Part shown: positions 8,980 to 18,756 of the stretch, piece by piece | How positions within the stretch are numbered: the stretch's first letter is position 1 | Layout of the letters: every line of letters begins with the position of its first letter | Assembly: GCA_934168005.1 (NCBI GenBank) | Contig: CAKPMN010000002.1 | Coordinates: 13,876 to 77,875 of the forward strand | DNA length: 64,000 nucleotides | Direction of reading: 5' to 3' | Source of the DNA: an uncultured Bacilli bacterium | Lineage (GTDB): Bacteria; Bacillota_I; Bacilli_A; RF39; UBA660 | Translations under genes and position numbers: made by a program | Notes under the pieces: model-generated | Seen by the model: the letters and a program-made list of their open reading frames with translations, nothing else | What the model was told of the DNA's origin: nothing | Database searches by the model: none

Positions 8980-9059
8980 TTGCTTTTTTTTGTGAAAAAA
9001 AATGAATTTTGTTGAAAAGAAATACTAAATTTGTTAGAATTATTTAAGGAGGAGTTAAT

Positions 9060-9653
9060 ATGGCAGAAAAAAAAGTAAAAACAACAAAATCAGTATCAAG
9101 TAATCAAAACGTTAATATAAGAGAAAATACAACAAATGAATTAAATACAGAAATATTAAATAAAATATTAATTTGTCTATATGCGCTAATAGTAATATTA
9201 GTAGTTAATACAGCAATAATATTACTAAAAAATAATACAGTAACAAAAGACTCAACAACAGAAGAACAAGAAACAACAGAGTATGATGTTAGTATGTTTA
9301 CAAAAGTTACTGCTGATAACTTAAAAGAGGCAATTTCAAAGGACGAAGCACAAATAGTATATGTAGGAAGATCAACTTGTGGATACTGTGTAAAATTCTT
9401 ACCTGTACTACAACAAGCACAAAAAGATTATAAATATACTACTTTATATCTAGATATAACAACAGTTACTACAACTGAACAACAAAATAAGATTTTGGAA
9501 CTTGATAATGAAGATAAATTTTTAAGTGAAAACTTTGGAGGAACTCCAATGGTTCTACTAGTAAAAGATGGAAAAATAGTAGATACATGGATGGGATATT
9601 CTGAATATTCAACATATGCTACATGGCTTGAAAAAAATGGATTTACTAAATAG
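9060..9653 (+). CDS. Membrane-anchored thioredoxin-fold protein with CxxC (CGYC) active site
   Basis: N-terminal TM helix. VYVGRSTCGYCVKFLP thioredoxin motif. Similar to bacteriocin-transport-accessory-type thioredoxins. Confidence 0.6.
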   Translation: MAEKKVKTTKSVSSNQNVNIRENTTNELNTEILNKILICLYALIVILVVNTAIILLKNNTVTKDSTTEEQETTEYDVSMFTKVTADNLKEAISKDEAQIVYVGRSTCGYCVKFLPVLQQAQKDYKYTTLYLDITTVTTTEQQNKILELDNEDKFLSENFGGTPMVLLVKDGKIVDTWMGYSEYSTYATWLEKNGFTK

Positions 9654-9667
9654 TAAATCTTTTTTTA

Positions 9668-10207
9668 TTGAAAAATAATAAGAAAATTGATATTATAAGC
9701 TTGGTGATAAACGTGAATGGTATAAAAAGAATAGAAAATTTAATATATATAGTTATCTTTCTGTTAATTATAAATATTTTCGCTACTATTATAAAAAACA
9801 ATAGCGTGCAAACATCTCAAGGAATAAATTTTGACACATCAATGTTTAAAACTATAAATCTAAAGGATTTAGAAAGTTATATAAATGAAGAAAATTATAA
9901 AGTATTGGTAATAGGAAAAAATAACTGTGAATATACAATAGAAATGCTGCCAATATTAAGACAGGCCCAAGCTAACTATAATTATGAAACCTTATATGTA
10001 GATCAAAATAGTATAACAGAAGATGACAAAAATGTACTACTTAGATATGATGATGAAACAAAATTCATAGAGGAATACATAAATACAACTCCCCTAATAA
10101 TAGTTTTTAAAGATAATAGAATGGTAGATACTTGGGTTGGTTACCAAGAATATTCAGTATTTGAAAAGTTTTTGACAGGATTAGGAATAGAAAAAAAAGA
10201 AAATTAA
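9668..10207 (+). CDS. Membrane-anchored thioredoxin-fold paralog with degenerate active site (CEYT instead of CxxC)
   Basis: Collinear similarity to the preceding ORF (VLVIGKNNCEYTIEMLPILRQAQ.., DTWVGYQEYS). Second Cys replaced by Thr. Confidence 0.55.
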   Translation: MKNNKKIDIISLVINVNGIKRIENLIYIVIFLLIINIFATIIKNNSVQTSQGINFDTSMFKTINLKDLESYINEENYKVLVIGKNNCEYTIEMLPILRQAQANYNYETLYVDQNSITEDDKNVLLRYDDETKFIEEYINTTPLIIVFKDNRMVDTWVGYQEYSVFEKFLTGLGIEKKEN

Positions 10208-10268
10208 AAAAAGGTATTGCATAATTTTAAAATTTAATATATAATTAAAAGCGTTCTAGGAAGAACGC

Positions 10269-10357
10269 GCCTGAGTGGCGAAATTGGTAGACGCACAGGA
10301 CTTAAAATCCTGCGGGAGTCAAATCCCGTGCCGGTTCAAGTCCGGCCTTAGGCACCA
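10269..10357 (+). tRNA. tRNA-Leu (anticodon TAA), long variable arm
   Basis: Acceptor GCCTGAG/CTTAGGC-A-CCA, anticodon loop CTTAAAA, T-loop GGTTCAAGTCC. Confidence 0.85.
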
Positions 10358-10366
10358 TAGAAAATT

Positions 10367-10390
10367 AACGGACTTTGTCCGTTTTTCTTT
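10367..10390 (+). terminator. Terminator hairpin AACGGAC-TTTG-TCCGTT plus T-tract after tRNA-Leu
   Basis: Stem-loop followed by TTTTTC. Confidence 0.5.
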
Positions 10391-10427
10391 TGCAAAAATA
10401 CTTTTAATAAAAAAAATAAAAAAACTC

Positions 10428-10456
10428 TTGCCAAACAAAACACAACATGTTATAAT
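10428..10456 (+). promoter_or_regulatory. Sigma-A promoter (TTGCCA-17-TATAAT) for the tRNA-Ser...Pro transcription unit
   Basis: Near-consensus -35/-10 with 17-bp spacer, about 30 nt upstream of tRNA-Ser. Confidence 0.55.
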
Positions 10457-10487
10457 TTGTTATGTAATTGCCACAACTGGTGATATT

Positions 10488-10578
10488 GGAGAAATACCCA
10501 AGTTCGGTTGAAGGGACCGGTCTTGAAAACCGGGAGGTCGGAAACGGCGCGGGGGTTCGAATCCCTCTTTCTCCGCCA
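10488..10578 (+). tRNA. tRNA-Ser (anticodon TGA), long variable arm
   Basis: GGAGAAATACCCAAG... anticodon loop CTTGAAA... T-loop GGTTCGAATCC ... CTCCGCCA. Confidence 0.85.
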
Positions 10579-10587
10579 TTTAAATAT

Positions 10588-10664
<77 letters not shown>

Positions 10665-10665
10665 T

Positions 10666-10742
10666 GGTTCGTTAGTCTAGAGGCCTATGACGTCTGCCTG
10701 TCACGCAGAAGACCACGGGTTCGAATCCCGTACGAACCGCCA
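10666..10742 (+). tRNA. tRNA-Asp (anticodon GTC)
   Basis: Acceptor GGTTCGT/ACGAACC-G-CCA, anticodon loop CTGTCAC, T-loop GGTTCGAATCC. Confidence 0.85.
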
Positions 10743-10750
10743 TTTATTTT

Positions 10751-10826
<76 letters not shown>

Positions 10827-10866
10827 TTTATTTTTGATTAATATTACAATAATTGGTTTGGCAATT

Positions 10867-10943
<77 letters not shown>

Positions 10944-10946
10944 TAT

Positions 10947-11023
10947 CGGGAAATGGCTCAACTTGGTAGAGCACTTGGTTTGGGACCAAGGGGTTGCAGG
11001 TTCAAATCCTGTTTTCCCGACCA
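10947..11023 (+). tRNA. tRNA-Pro (anticodon TGG)
   Basis: CGGGAAATGGCTCAACTTGGTAGAGC, anticodon loop TTTGGGA, ...TTTCCCGACCA. Confidence 0.85.
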
Positions 11024-11033
11024 TTTAGAATTT

Positions 11034-11057
11034 AACGGATATAATCCGTTTTTTTTA
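11034..11057 (+). terminator. Terminator hairpin AACGGAT-ATA-ATCCGTT plus T8 after tRNA-Pro
   Basis: Stem-loop plus TTTTTTTT. Stem sequence related to the hairpin after tRNA-Leu. Confidence 0.55.
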
Positions 11058-11099
11058 TTGCAAAATCAAGTATATTTGGGTAAAATAATAGTATATATT

Positions 11100-11175
11100 G
11101 TTTACATAGCTCAGTTGGAAGAGCATTTCCCTCCGAAGGAAAAGGTCATCAGTTCAAATCTGATTGTAAACACCA
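11100..11175 (+). tRNA. tRNA-Arg (anticodon CCG)
   Basis: GTTTACATAGCTCAGTTGGAAGAGC, anticodon loop CTCCGAA, acceptor TGTAAAC-A-CCA. Own TTGCAA/TAAAAT promoter upstream. Confidence 0.75.
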
Positions 11176-11218
11176 TTGAAAATTAATCATTGTTTGACAA
11201 TAAGATAGTGGTGATAGT

Positions 11219-12295
11219 ATGACACAAGAATTAATAGTAAGAATAATTGGTATGATATTAGTACCATTTACAGTAGTTGTATGCTTTATTCCGTTTGTAA
11301 AAAAGATAGCATTTCAGATTAATGCAGTAGATACACCAAGAGGTGGAAGGCATATTCATAAAAAGATAACTCCAAAACTAGGAGGATTGGCTATATTTAT
11401 AGGATTCCTACTAGGATACATGATATTTGGTACTCATAGTGTACTAATGAATGCGGTATTAATAGGAAGTTTCATAATAATATTAACGGGTGTAATCGAT
11501 GACATAACCGAATTAACAGCTTTGCAACAGTTTATAGGACAAGTAGCAGCAGCGGCGGTATTAGTTTTCTATGGTGGCCTATCCATAAATGAACTAACCG
11601 CATTTGGGTTTAGAATAGATTTTGGAATCATATCACCTTTTGTAACTATGTTTTTTATAGTGGGATGCATTAATTGTATTAATTTAATAGATGGGCTCGA
11701 TGGTTTATCTGGAGGTATTAGTTCTATATACTTTTTAACAACAGGAATAATAGCTGTTATTCAACAAAAATCAGGATTAGACTTCATAATATCATTTATA
11801 ATGCTCGGTTCAACTCTTGGATTTCTTATATATAACTTTAATCCTGCAAGTATTTTTGCTGGTGACTGTGGATCTAATTTTATGGGATTTATGATTTCTG
11901 TAATAGCATTACTTGGATTTAAAAATGTTACATTGACTTCTTTATTTATACCACTTTTAATTATTGCTATTCCAATATTAGATACATTATTCGCAATAAT
12001 AAGACGAGCTCTTAAACATCAACCATTATTTAAAGGAGATAAATTTCATATTCATCATCAACTACTAAATAGAAATTTATCAGTTAAGACAACAGTTATA
12101 ATTATATATATAATAGATTCATTGTTCGCATTAGCGTCAATAGTTTATGTATTAAACGATAAATACCTTGGTTATTTTCTATATGGACTATTGTTATTAA
12201 TAGTAATAACTTTTGTTGCAAAAACAAATGTTGTATTTGATAGTGAAGACATAAAGAAAAAGATAAAAGAAAAAATTAGTAAAAAATCTGAGTAA
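11219..12295 (+). CDS. Glycosyltransferase family 4 undecaprenyl-phosphate GlcNAc-1-phosphate transferase (WecA/TagO/MraY-like)
   Basis: Polytopic membrane protein with NCINLIDGLDGL and DTPRGGRHIHKKITPKLGG motifs of the MraY/WecA family. Confidence 0.8.
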   Translation: MTQELIVRIIGMILVPFTVVVCFIPFVKKIAFQINAVDTPRGGRHIHKKITPKLGGLAIFIGFLLGYMIFGTHSVLMNAVLIGSFIIILTGVIDDITELTALQQFIGQVAAAAVLVFYGGLSINELTAFGFRIDFGIISPFVTMFFIVGCINCINLIDGLDGLSGGISSIYFLTTGIIAVIQQKSGLDFIISFIMLGSTLGFLIYNFNPASIFAGDCGSNFMGFMISVIALLGFKNVTLTSLFIPLLIIAIPILDTLFAIIRRALKHQPLFKGDKFHIHHQLLNRNLSVKTTVIIIYIIDSLFALASIVYVLNDKYLGYFLYGLLLLIVITFVAKTNVVFDSEDIKKKIKEKISKKSE

Positions 12296-12351
12296 TTCAG
12301 ATTTTTTTGTATATAAAAAGATAACTATCTCATAATAAAATAGGTGATAAT

Positions 12352-13074
12352 ATGGACTTTAATTTAGCGACATTTATGCAAGTAATACCACGAGGCTTAA
12401 TTTCTTTAATAACATTATTTTTTATTACAAAATTATTAGGAAAAAGACAAGTTTCAGAATTAAGTTTGTTTGATTATGTTATAGGAATATCAATTGGAAA
12501 TTTTGCTGCAGAAATAACTATCAATACCGACGTTCACTTAGCTAATGGTGTCTTTGCAGTTATATTATTTGGATTAGTTGCTTATATTGTGTCAAAATTG
12601 ACATTAAAAAGCGTATGGATGCGGAGAATAGTAAATGGTGTACCATCAATTCTTTTTGACAATGGAATGTTTATAACTAAAAATATGAAAAAAAATCATT
12701 TTGATGTAAATGATTTATTAGAAGAAGCTAGATTAAATGGTTATTTCAACATAGATGAAATTGAATGTGCAATATTAGAAACGAATGGAAAGGTTAGCTT
12801 CCTGCCAAAATCTCAAAACAAGCCAGTAACACAAAAGGATATGAAAATAAAATCAACTAAGAGTTGCTTATATGCAAATGTAATAATAGATGGAAAATAT
12901 ATGATTGATAATTTAAAAGAAATAAAAAAAGATAAAGGTTGGCTCGAATCAAAATTAAAAGCCAAGGGGTATAAATCCATAAAAAATATAGTATTAGCTA
13001 CAGTAGATAACCAAGACAAGATAATAATTTATGAACAAAAAAACTGTTCAAAAGTGTCAAGTATATTAGAATAA
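12352..13074 (+). CDS. DUF421 (YetF/YdfS-like) membrane protein
   Basis: N-terminal MDFNLATFMQVIPRGLISLITLFFITKLLGKRQVSELSLFDYVIGISIGNFAA pattern, as in B. subtilis YetF-type proteins. Confidence 0.65.
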   Translation: MDFNLATFMQVIPRGLISLITLFFITKLLGKRQVSELSLFDYVIGISIGNFAAEITINTDVHLANGVFAVILFGLVAYIVSKLTLKSVWMRRIVNGVPSILFDNGMFITKNMKKNHFDVNDLLEEARLNGYFNIDEIECAILETNGKVSFLPKSQNKPVTQKDMKIKSTKSCLYANVIIDGKYMIDNLKEIKKDKGWLESKLKAKGYKSIKNIVLATVDNQDKIIIYEQKNCSKVSSILE

Positions 13075-13120
13075 TAAACAAACAATGTAAAAAACTGGTA
13101 TAATCAACATAGGTGATAAT

Positions 13121-13555
13121 ATGAAAAGAGAATTTTGCGCATCAGTATTTGTTATAAATCCAGAAAATAAAAAAATATTATTAGTAAAACATCGTCATTT
13201 TAATAAGTGGGTCCAACCAGGAGGACATATAGAACATAATGAGGTTCCAGAAGAAACAGCTACAAGAGAAGCATATGAAGAAACAGGTATAAAAGTAAAA
13301 TTGCTAGGAGAGAGATTTCCAAGAGAAAATGATTATATAAGACCACTTGGAATACAAAAAAACAGAGGCTCACAAGGAGATATACATGTAGATGTCATTT
13401 ATGCAGCAGTTCCAATTGGAAACATAGAGCCAAATTATGATGATGAAGAAACAGCCAATGTAAAATGGTTTACGAGAGAAGAATTGGAAACATTAAATAT
13501 GTTTGAAGATATTAAAATAACATATGATTATATAATAGAAAAATTTTTCAAATAA
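13121..13555 (+). CDS. NUDIX hydrolase
   Basis: Nudix box GGHIEHNEVPEETATREAYEETGI (Gx5Ex7REUxEExGU). Confidence 0.85.
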   Translation: MKREFCASVFVINPENKKILLVKHRHFNKWVQPGGHIEHNEVPEETATREAYEETGIKVKLLGERFPRENDYIRPLGIQKNRGSQGDIHVDVIYAAVPIGNIEPNYDDEETANVKWFTREELETLNMFEDIKITYDYIIEKFFK

Positions 13556-13563
13556 AAAAGCAA

Positions 13564-14211
13564 TCAATGCTTTTCTTTTTTTACAATATCAACAATATAA
13601 TCTATTAAAAATATCTTTTTCTTTTTAATACTAGAGACTTTAGCAAGTACTAAAGTTTTTTCTCTGTACTTTTTATTATACATTGAATTTTCTAGTAAAG
13701 AGCAAACAAATATCCCGTCATTAATAGAGCAATCCTCAATGCGTGCCCATAAAAGTTCACTCTTTTTACCGGTATTTAAAGTCAATTCAACATCGTCTAT
13801 ATAAGTTTCATGTCTAAATTCATCGATATAATCGACTTTTCTAGATTCATTTATTGCTTTCTTTTGATAATAAGAATCAAAATGTTTTTCTAATTGATCA
13901 GTATGTTCGATATTTCTAATTATTATCTCATCAACATTATTAACTTTGTATTTTAGTTTATTAGAAAAAACAATAGAACTCTTATTATAAATAATTTCAG
14001 GATCAAGAGAATATGATTCATTTTCCTTATTTATAAAACCAGCAATTTTAATTTTTAATCCCTCATTGTGATTTATATAACCATAACCAATTAAAATACC
14101 ATCTTCTATATTTATTTTAACTTTTTTACATATTTTTTTAATATCTTTTTTTTCTGTGAAAACAAGCCATTTTCTATCAAGATCTCTAAATTTCATCTTT
14201 CCTAAAACCAT
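13564..14211 (-). CDS. Hypothetical protein (215 aa), no recognised motif
   Basis: Intact ORF convergent with the NUDIX gene. Lys-rich. No identifiable domain by eye. Confidence 0.4.
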   Translation of the reverse strand: MVLGKMKFRDLDRKWLVFTEKKDIKKICKKVKINIEDGILIGYGYINHNEGLKIKIAGFINKENESYSLDPEIIYNKSSIVFSNKLKYKVNNVDEIIIRNIEHTDQLEKHFDSYYQKKAINESRKVDYIDEFRHETYIDDVELTLNTGKKSELLWARIEDCSINDGIFVCSLLENSMYNKKYREKTLVLAKVSSIKKKKIFLIDYIVDIVKKEKH

Positions 14212-14325
14212 ACATCACCATTTTCTAGTTATATACATATTTTCATAATAACATTGTATAACTTTTTTTCTTTACATGCAATAATAAACTATGTTATAAT
14301 ACCTTGAGTTGAAGGAAGTGTAGCT

Positions 14326-16137
14326 ATGAAAAATATAAGAAATATTGCTATTATCGCGCATGTTGACCACGGTAAAACAACAATAGTAGACCAATTGCTA
14401 AAACAATCAGGAACATTTAGAGAAAATGAAGAAACAGAAGTAAGAATGATGGATTCTAATGATATTGAAAGAGAAAGAGGAATAACAATTCTTGCTAAAA
14501 CAACAGCTATCAATTATAAAGACTACAGAATAAATATCCTAGATACACCAGGCCATGCTGATTTTGGTGGAGAAGTAGAACGTATAATGAACATGGTAGA
14601 TGGAGTTTTATTAGTCGTTGATGCTTATGAAGGCGCTATGCCACAAACAAGATTTGTACTTAAAAAAGCATTAGAAGCAGGAGTAACTCCAATATTAGTT
14701 GTAAATAAAATTGATAAAGATACAGCAAGACCAAAAGAAGTAGTAGACGAAGTAATAGATTTGTTTATAGAGTTAGGAGCTGACCTAGAACAATTAGATT
14801 TCCCAGTTATTTACATGTCAGCAATAAACGGAACATCTTCATTAGATCCAGATGTATCAACACAAAAAGAAACTATGGATCCAGTATTTGATATGATTAT
14901 CGATACTATACCAGCACCAAAAGTAGATATAGAAGGTTCATTACAATTTCAACCAGCACTACTAGATTATAATGACTTTGTTGGAAGAATAGGTATTGGT
15001 GTTGTTAAAAGAGGAAAAATGAAAGTTAATGAACTAGTTTCTTGTGTTAGAGTAGACGGTTCTATAAAACAATTTAGAATTCAAAAAATGTTTGGTTTCT
15101 TAGGATTAAAGAGAATAGAAATAAATGAAGCTGAAGCAGGAGATATAGTTGCAATAGCAGGTTTACCAGATATTTGTGTTGGAGAAACTGTATGCGAAGT
15201 TGGAAAAGAAGAGGCATTACCTTTACTACGTATAGATGAGCCAACATTACAAATGACATTTGGAGTAAATACTTCACCTTTTGTAGGAAAAGAAGGAAAA
15301 ATAATAACAGCTAGAAAAATTGAAGAAAGACTTCTAAAAGAAACAGAAAAAGACGTTTCTTTAAGAGTTGAACCAAATGATAATGAATCATTTATAGTAT
15401 CAGGTAGAGGAGAACTTCACTTATCAATATTAATTGAAAATATGAGAAGAGAAGGTTTTGAATTACAAGTATCAAAACCAGCAATAATCAAAAAAGAAAT
15501 AAATGGAGTTGTATGTGAACCATTTGAAGATGTTCAAATAGATGTTCCAGAAGAATATGTGGGATCTGTAATAGAGGCACTAGGTAACCGTGAAGGAACA
15601 ATGGAAAACATGACTAATCATGAAAATCAAGTTAGATTGATTTACACAATTCCATCAAGAGGATTAATTGGATTTACTACAGAATTTATGACTTTAACAA
15701 AAGGATACGGTATTTTAAACCATACATTTAAGGAATATAGAAAAATGGCTGGGGCAACAGTTGGAGAAAGAAAACTTGGAGTTTTAGTTTCAATGGAAAA
15801 CGGAAAAGCTACAGCTTATGCTTTAGGTCAATTAGAAGATCGTGGAATTATGTTTATAGAGCCAACAGCTGATGTTTATGAAGGAATGATAGTTGGTGAA
15901 CATTCACATGAAAATGATTTAGCTGTAAATGTTGTTAAAGGTAAAAATTTAACAAATACAAGAAGCTCAAGTAAAGATCATACAGTAGTTTTAAAAAGAC
16001 CAAGACAAATGAGCTTGGAATATTGCTTAGATTATATTAATAGTGATGAATTAGTAGAAGTTACACCATTAAGTTTCAGATTACGTAAAAGAATATTAAA
16101 TACACAAGAAAGAAAGAAATTTGATAGTAAAAAATAA
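14326..16137 (+). CDS. typA: Translational GTPase TypA/BipA
   Basis: AIIAHVDHGKTT, DTPGHADFGGEVER, NKIDK. EF-G-like domain order. About 600 aa. Confidence 0.9.
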   Translation: MKNIRNIAIIAHVDHGKTTIVDQLLKQSGTFRENEETEVRMMDSNDIERERGITILAKTTAINYKDYRINILDTPGHADFGGEVERIMNMVDGVLLVVDAYEGAMPQTRFVLKKALEAGVTPILVVNKIDKDTARPKEVVDEVIDLFIELGADLEQLDFPVIYMSAINGTSSLDPDVSTQKETMDPVFDMIIDTIPAPKVDIEGSLQFQPALLDYNDFVGRIGIGVVKRGKMKVNELVSCVRVDGSIKQFRIQKMFGFLGLKRIEINEAEAGDIVAIAGLPDICVGETVCEVGKEEALPLLRIDEPTLQMTFGVNTSPFVGKEGKIITARKIEERLLKETEKDVSLRVEPNDNESFIVSGRGELHLSILIENMRREGFELQVSKPAIIKKEINGVVCEPFEDVQIDVPEEYVGSVIEALGNREGTMENMTNHENQVRLIYTIPSRGLIGFTTEFMTLTKGYGILNHTFKEYRKMAGATVGERKLGVLVSMENGKATAYALGQLEDRGIMFIEPTADVYEGMIVGEHSHENDLAVNVVKGKNLTNTRSSSKDHTVVLKRPRQMSLEYCLDYINSDELVEVTPLSFRLRKRILNTQERKKFDSKK

Positions 16138-16157
16138 AATATCTCATATGAGATATT

Positions 16158-16379
16158 TTATTTTTCGAAGAATTTACTTATTTCAACATTTAAAGAATCG
16201 GCAATCTTCTCTAATGTGTCAATTGATATAGATTGATAAGTAGTAGACTCTAATTTTGCTATAAAACTATCACTTAAAAAGTTTATTTCAGCAAGTTCTC
16301 TTTGAGTAATTCCTTTTTGTTTTCGATATTTTTTAATATTTTGACCAATAATATTGTAAATATTAATTTTTTGTTCCAT
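16158..16379 (-). CDS. XRE-family helix-turn-helix transcriptional regulator
   Basis: HTH_3 pattern KYRKQKGITQRELAEINFLSDSFIAKLE. Confidence 0.75.
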   Translation of the reverse strand: MEQKINIYNIIGQNIKKYRKQKGITQRELAEINFLSDSFIAKLESTTYQSISIDTLEKIADSLNVEISKFFEK

Positions 16380-16421
16380 ACTACCACCAATTTAATTTTC
16401 TCATGTTCTCAAAAATATAAT

Positions 16422-16440
16422 TATAGACAATTAGTCTATA
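16422..16440. promoter_or_regulatory. 19-bp palindrome TATAGAC-AATTA-GTCTATA in the XRE / ABC-F divergent intergenic region; candidate operator
   Basis: Perfect 7-bp inverted repeat arms between divergently transcribed regulator and ABC-F genes. Confidence 0.35.
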
Positions 16441-16500
16441 TATAGTATGACAAAATAAATAAAATCAATACATTTATGATATAATAAAGAAGGTGTTTTT

Positions 16501-18102
16501 ATGAGAGCAGATAAGATAACATTTAGTTATGGAACAGAACAAATATATGATAATGCAGAATTTTACTTAAATGAAAAAGAGAAGACTGGAATAGTAGGAG
16601 TAAATGGAGCCGGGAAAACAACTTTATTTAATGTACTATTAAAAAACATTGAATTAGATAGTGGCAAGATAACATGGGATGATAAAAAGAAAATAGGTTA
16701 TTTACCACAAGAAGTCACATACGAACAAGAAGAAACTGTCTTTGAATATTTATTAGAAGCAAGACCAATAAAAAAGCTAGAACAAGATCAAGTAAGAATC
16801 TATGAGAAGATAGCGCAAGATCCAAATAACAAAAGAAATTATAAAGAATTGGAGAAAATTGAGAATCTACTAAATTATTATGAACAATACAAAGCAGAAA
16901 ATGTATTATTCGAAATGATTGAAAATATGAAAATCGATTCAAACATGCTAGATATGAAAATGAAAGATTTATCAGGTGGTCAAAAGTCAAAGATCGCATT
17001 TTTACATCTTTTATATTCAAAACCAGATACTCTATTATTAGATGAACCCACAAATCATCTAGATAAAGATACCAGAGAATACATTACAAAGTATTTAAAA
17101 ATGTATAAAGGAATGATTTTAGTAATATCACATGATATAAAATTTCTAAATAGTATTGTTGATAATATATTATTTTTAGATAAAACGACTCATAAGGCAA
17201 AAGTATATAAAGGAGACTATACTTCATTCTTAAAACAAAGAGAAGAAGAAAAAAAGCAAAAAGAAAGAGAGATAGAAAAACAAGAGCAAACAGAAGAAAA
17301 ATTAAGAGAATTGGTATTAAAATATTCAAATTCATCTGGAAAAAGAAAACGAATGGCAGAATCAAGAGAAAAAGCATTAAAAAAATTAGAAGCAAATAAG
17401 ATCGAAAGAGATATAACCTATAAGACAGTTAAATTAAACTTAAAGCCAGAAAGAGAAATATCAAAAATACCAGTTAAAGTTAATAATATAGATTTTTCAT
17501 ATGAACAAGATAAGAAAATAATAAATAACTTGTCATTTACAATAGGTAAAAATGAAAGATTTTTAATAGTTGGAGAAAATGGAGTTGGTAAATCAACACT
17601 ATTAAAGTTATTGGTAGGTAAATTAAAACCAAATAATGGAAATATATGGTATGGATCAAAAACGGATATAGCATATTACGCCCAAGAGCAAGAAAACCTA
17701 GAACCAGGTAAAACAATTTTAGAAAATATAGACACAAAAGGATATTCAGAAAAAGAATTAAGAACATTACTTGGAAACTTCCTATTCTTTAAAGACGAAG
17801 TATTTAAAAAAGTTGAAGTATTATCTCCAGGTGAGAAGGCTAGAGTCTCATTAGCAAAAGTTTTATTAAAAAAAGCTAATTTAATTTTACTAGATGAGCC
17901 AACAAATCACCTAGATCCAGAAACACAAAGAATAATAGGAGAGAACTTTAAAAACTATGAAGGAACAATAATAATGGTCAGTCATAATCCTGATTTTGTA
18001 GAAAGTATAGGAATAGACAGAATGCTTATATTACCAAAAGGAAAAATAACAAATTATACAAAAGAAAGATTACTAGAAAATAGCAGTAAAAAAGATTTGT
18101 AA
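16501..18102 (+). CDS. ABC-F family ATPase (two tandem ABC domains with about 80-aa charged interdomain linker), ARE-like
   Basis: Two Walker A (GVNGAGKTT; GENGVGKST), two signatures (LSGGQKSK; LSPGEKARV), two Walker B. Long K/E-rich linker between the domains. Confidence 0.85.
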   Translation: MRADKITFSYGTEQIYDNAEFYLNEKEKTGIVGVNGAGKTTLFNVLLKNIELDSGKITWDDKKKIGYLPQEVTYEQEETVFEYLLEARPIKKLEQDQVRIYEKIAQDPNNKRNYKELEKIENLLNYYEQYKAENVLFEMIENMKIDSNMLDMKMKDLSGGQKSKIAFLHLLYSKPDTLLLDEPTNHLDKDTREYITKYLKMYKGMILVISHDIKFLNSIVDNILFLDKTTHKAKVYKGDYTSFLKQREEEKKQKEREIEKQEQTEEKLRELVLKYSNSSGKRKRMAESREKALKKLEANKIERDITYKTVKLNLKPEREISKIPVKVNNIDFSYEQDKKIINNLSFTIGKNERFLIVGENGVGKSTLLKLLVGKLKPNNGNIWYGSKTDIAYYAQEQENLEPGKTILENIDTKGYSEKELRTLLGNFLFFKDEVFKKVEVLSPGEKARVSLAKVLLKKANLILLDEPTNHLDPETQRIIGENFKNYEGTIIMVSHNPDFVESIGIDRMLILPKGKITNYTKERLLENSSKKDL

Positions 18103-18108
18103 AACTAA

Positions 18109-18756
18109 GTGATTTATAATATAATAAAAAACATTGGTGATGTTATGGAAGCAAAAGAATTAACAGAAGAAATTAAAACTTTACAAAAAGGAGATATTCT
18201 ATTTGTAATAGGAGAAAACAGTATAGGAAAGACAACTTTATTTAGCAAAGTAGATAAAAACATTATTTGTAAAGAATTAAATAAAAATACTGCTGTAAAA
18301 AATCTTATAAAAAATGATGAAATAATCAAAGAATTTAATATAGAAGATTTACTGGAAAGAAAAATTAATACTCTATCAACAGGAGAAAAGACACTAATAA
18401 CAATATTATCAAATCTAGAAAATGAGATTTTAATAGTCGATGACATATTGAAAAACTTAGATAGTAAAACAAAAGAAAAACTACTAAAGAAAATAAAAAG
18501 GTTAAGAAAAGATAAAATAACTATTTTTTTAACAACAACATCAGATGACATACTTTTTGGAAATAAAACATTGATAATGTCAAAAGAAAAGTATTTACTA
18601 CTAGATACAAAGAAAATATTAGAAGAAAAGAATTTTAAAGAAGCAAATATCACATTACCATTTGTAATAGATTTATCAAAGAAACTGTCCTATTATGGAT
18701 TAGTAAATAAAAATTATTATGAAATAGATAAGTTGGTGAATGACTTATGGAAATAA
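18109..18756 (+). CDS. ABC-ATPase-like protein with degenerate signature/Walker B (LSTGEK; ILIVDD); true start possibly the internal Met at about 18145
   Basis: Walker A GENSIGKTT intact. Signature LSTGEK instead of LSGGQ. No H-loop His recognisable. Confidence 0.5.
   Translation: MIYNIIKNIGDVMEAKELTEEIKTLQKGDILFVIGENSIGKTTLFSKVDKNIICKELNKNTAVKNLIKNDEIIKEFNIEDLLERKINTLSTGEKTLITILSNLENEILIVDDILKNLDSKTKEKLLKKIKRLRKDKITIFLTTTSDDILFGNKTLIMSKEKYLLLDTKKILEEKNFKEANITLPFVIDLSKKLSYYGLVNKNYYEIDKLVNDLWK

Noticed and set aside
16381-16500. Possible leader peptide / attenuator upstream of the ABC-F gene, as in many ARE ABC-F genes
   Set aside because: The leader is only about 120 nt and is shared with the divergent XRE promoter. 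No short uORF with RBS or terminator/antiterminator pair is discernible. A repressor-operator arrangement fits better.
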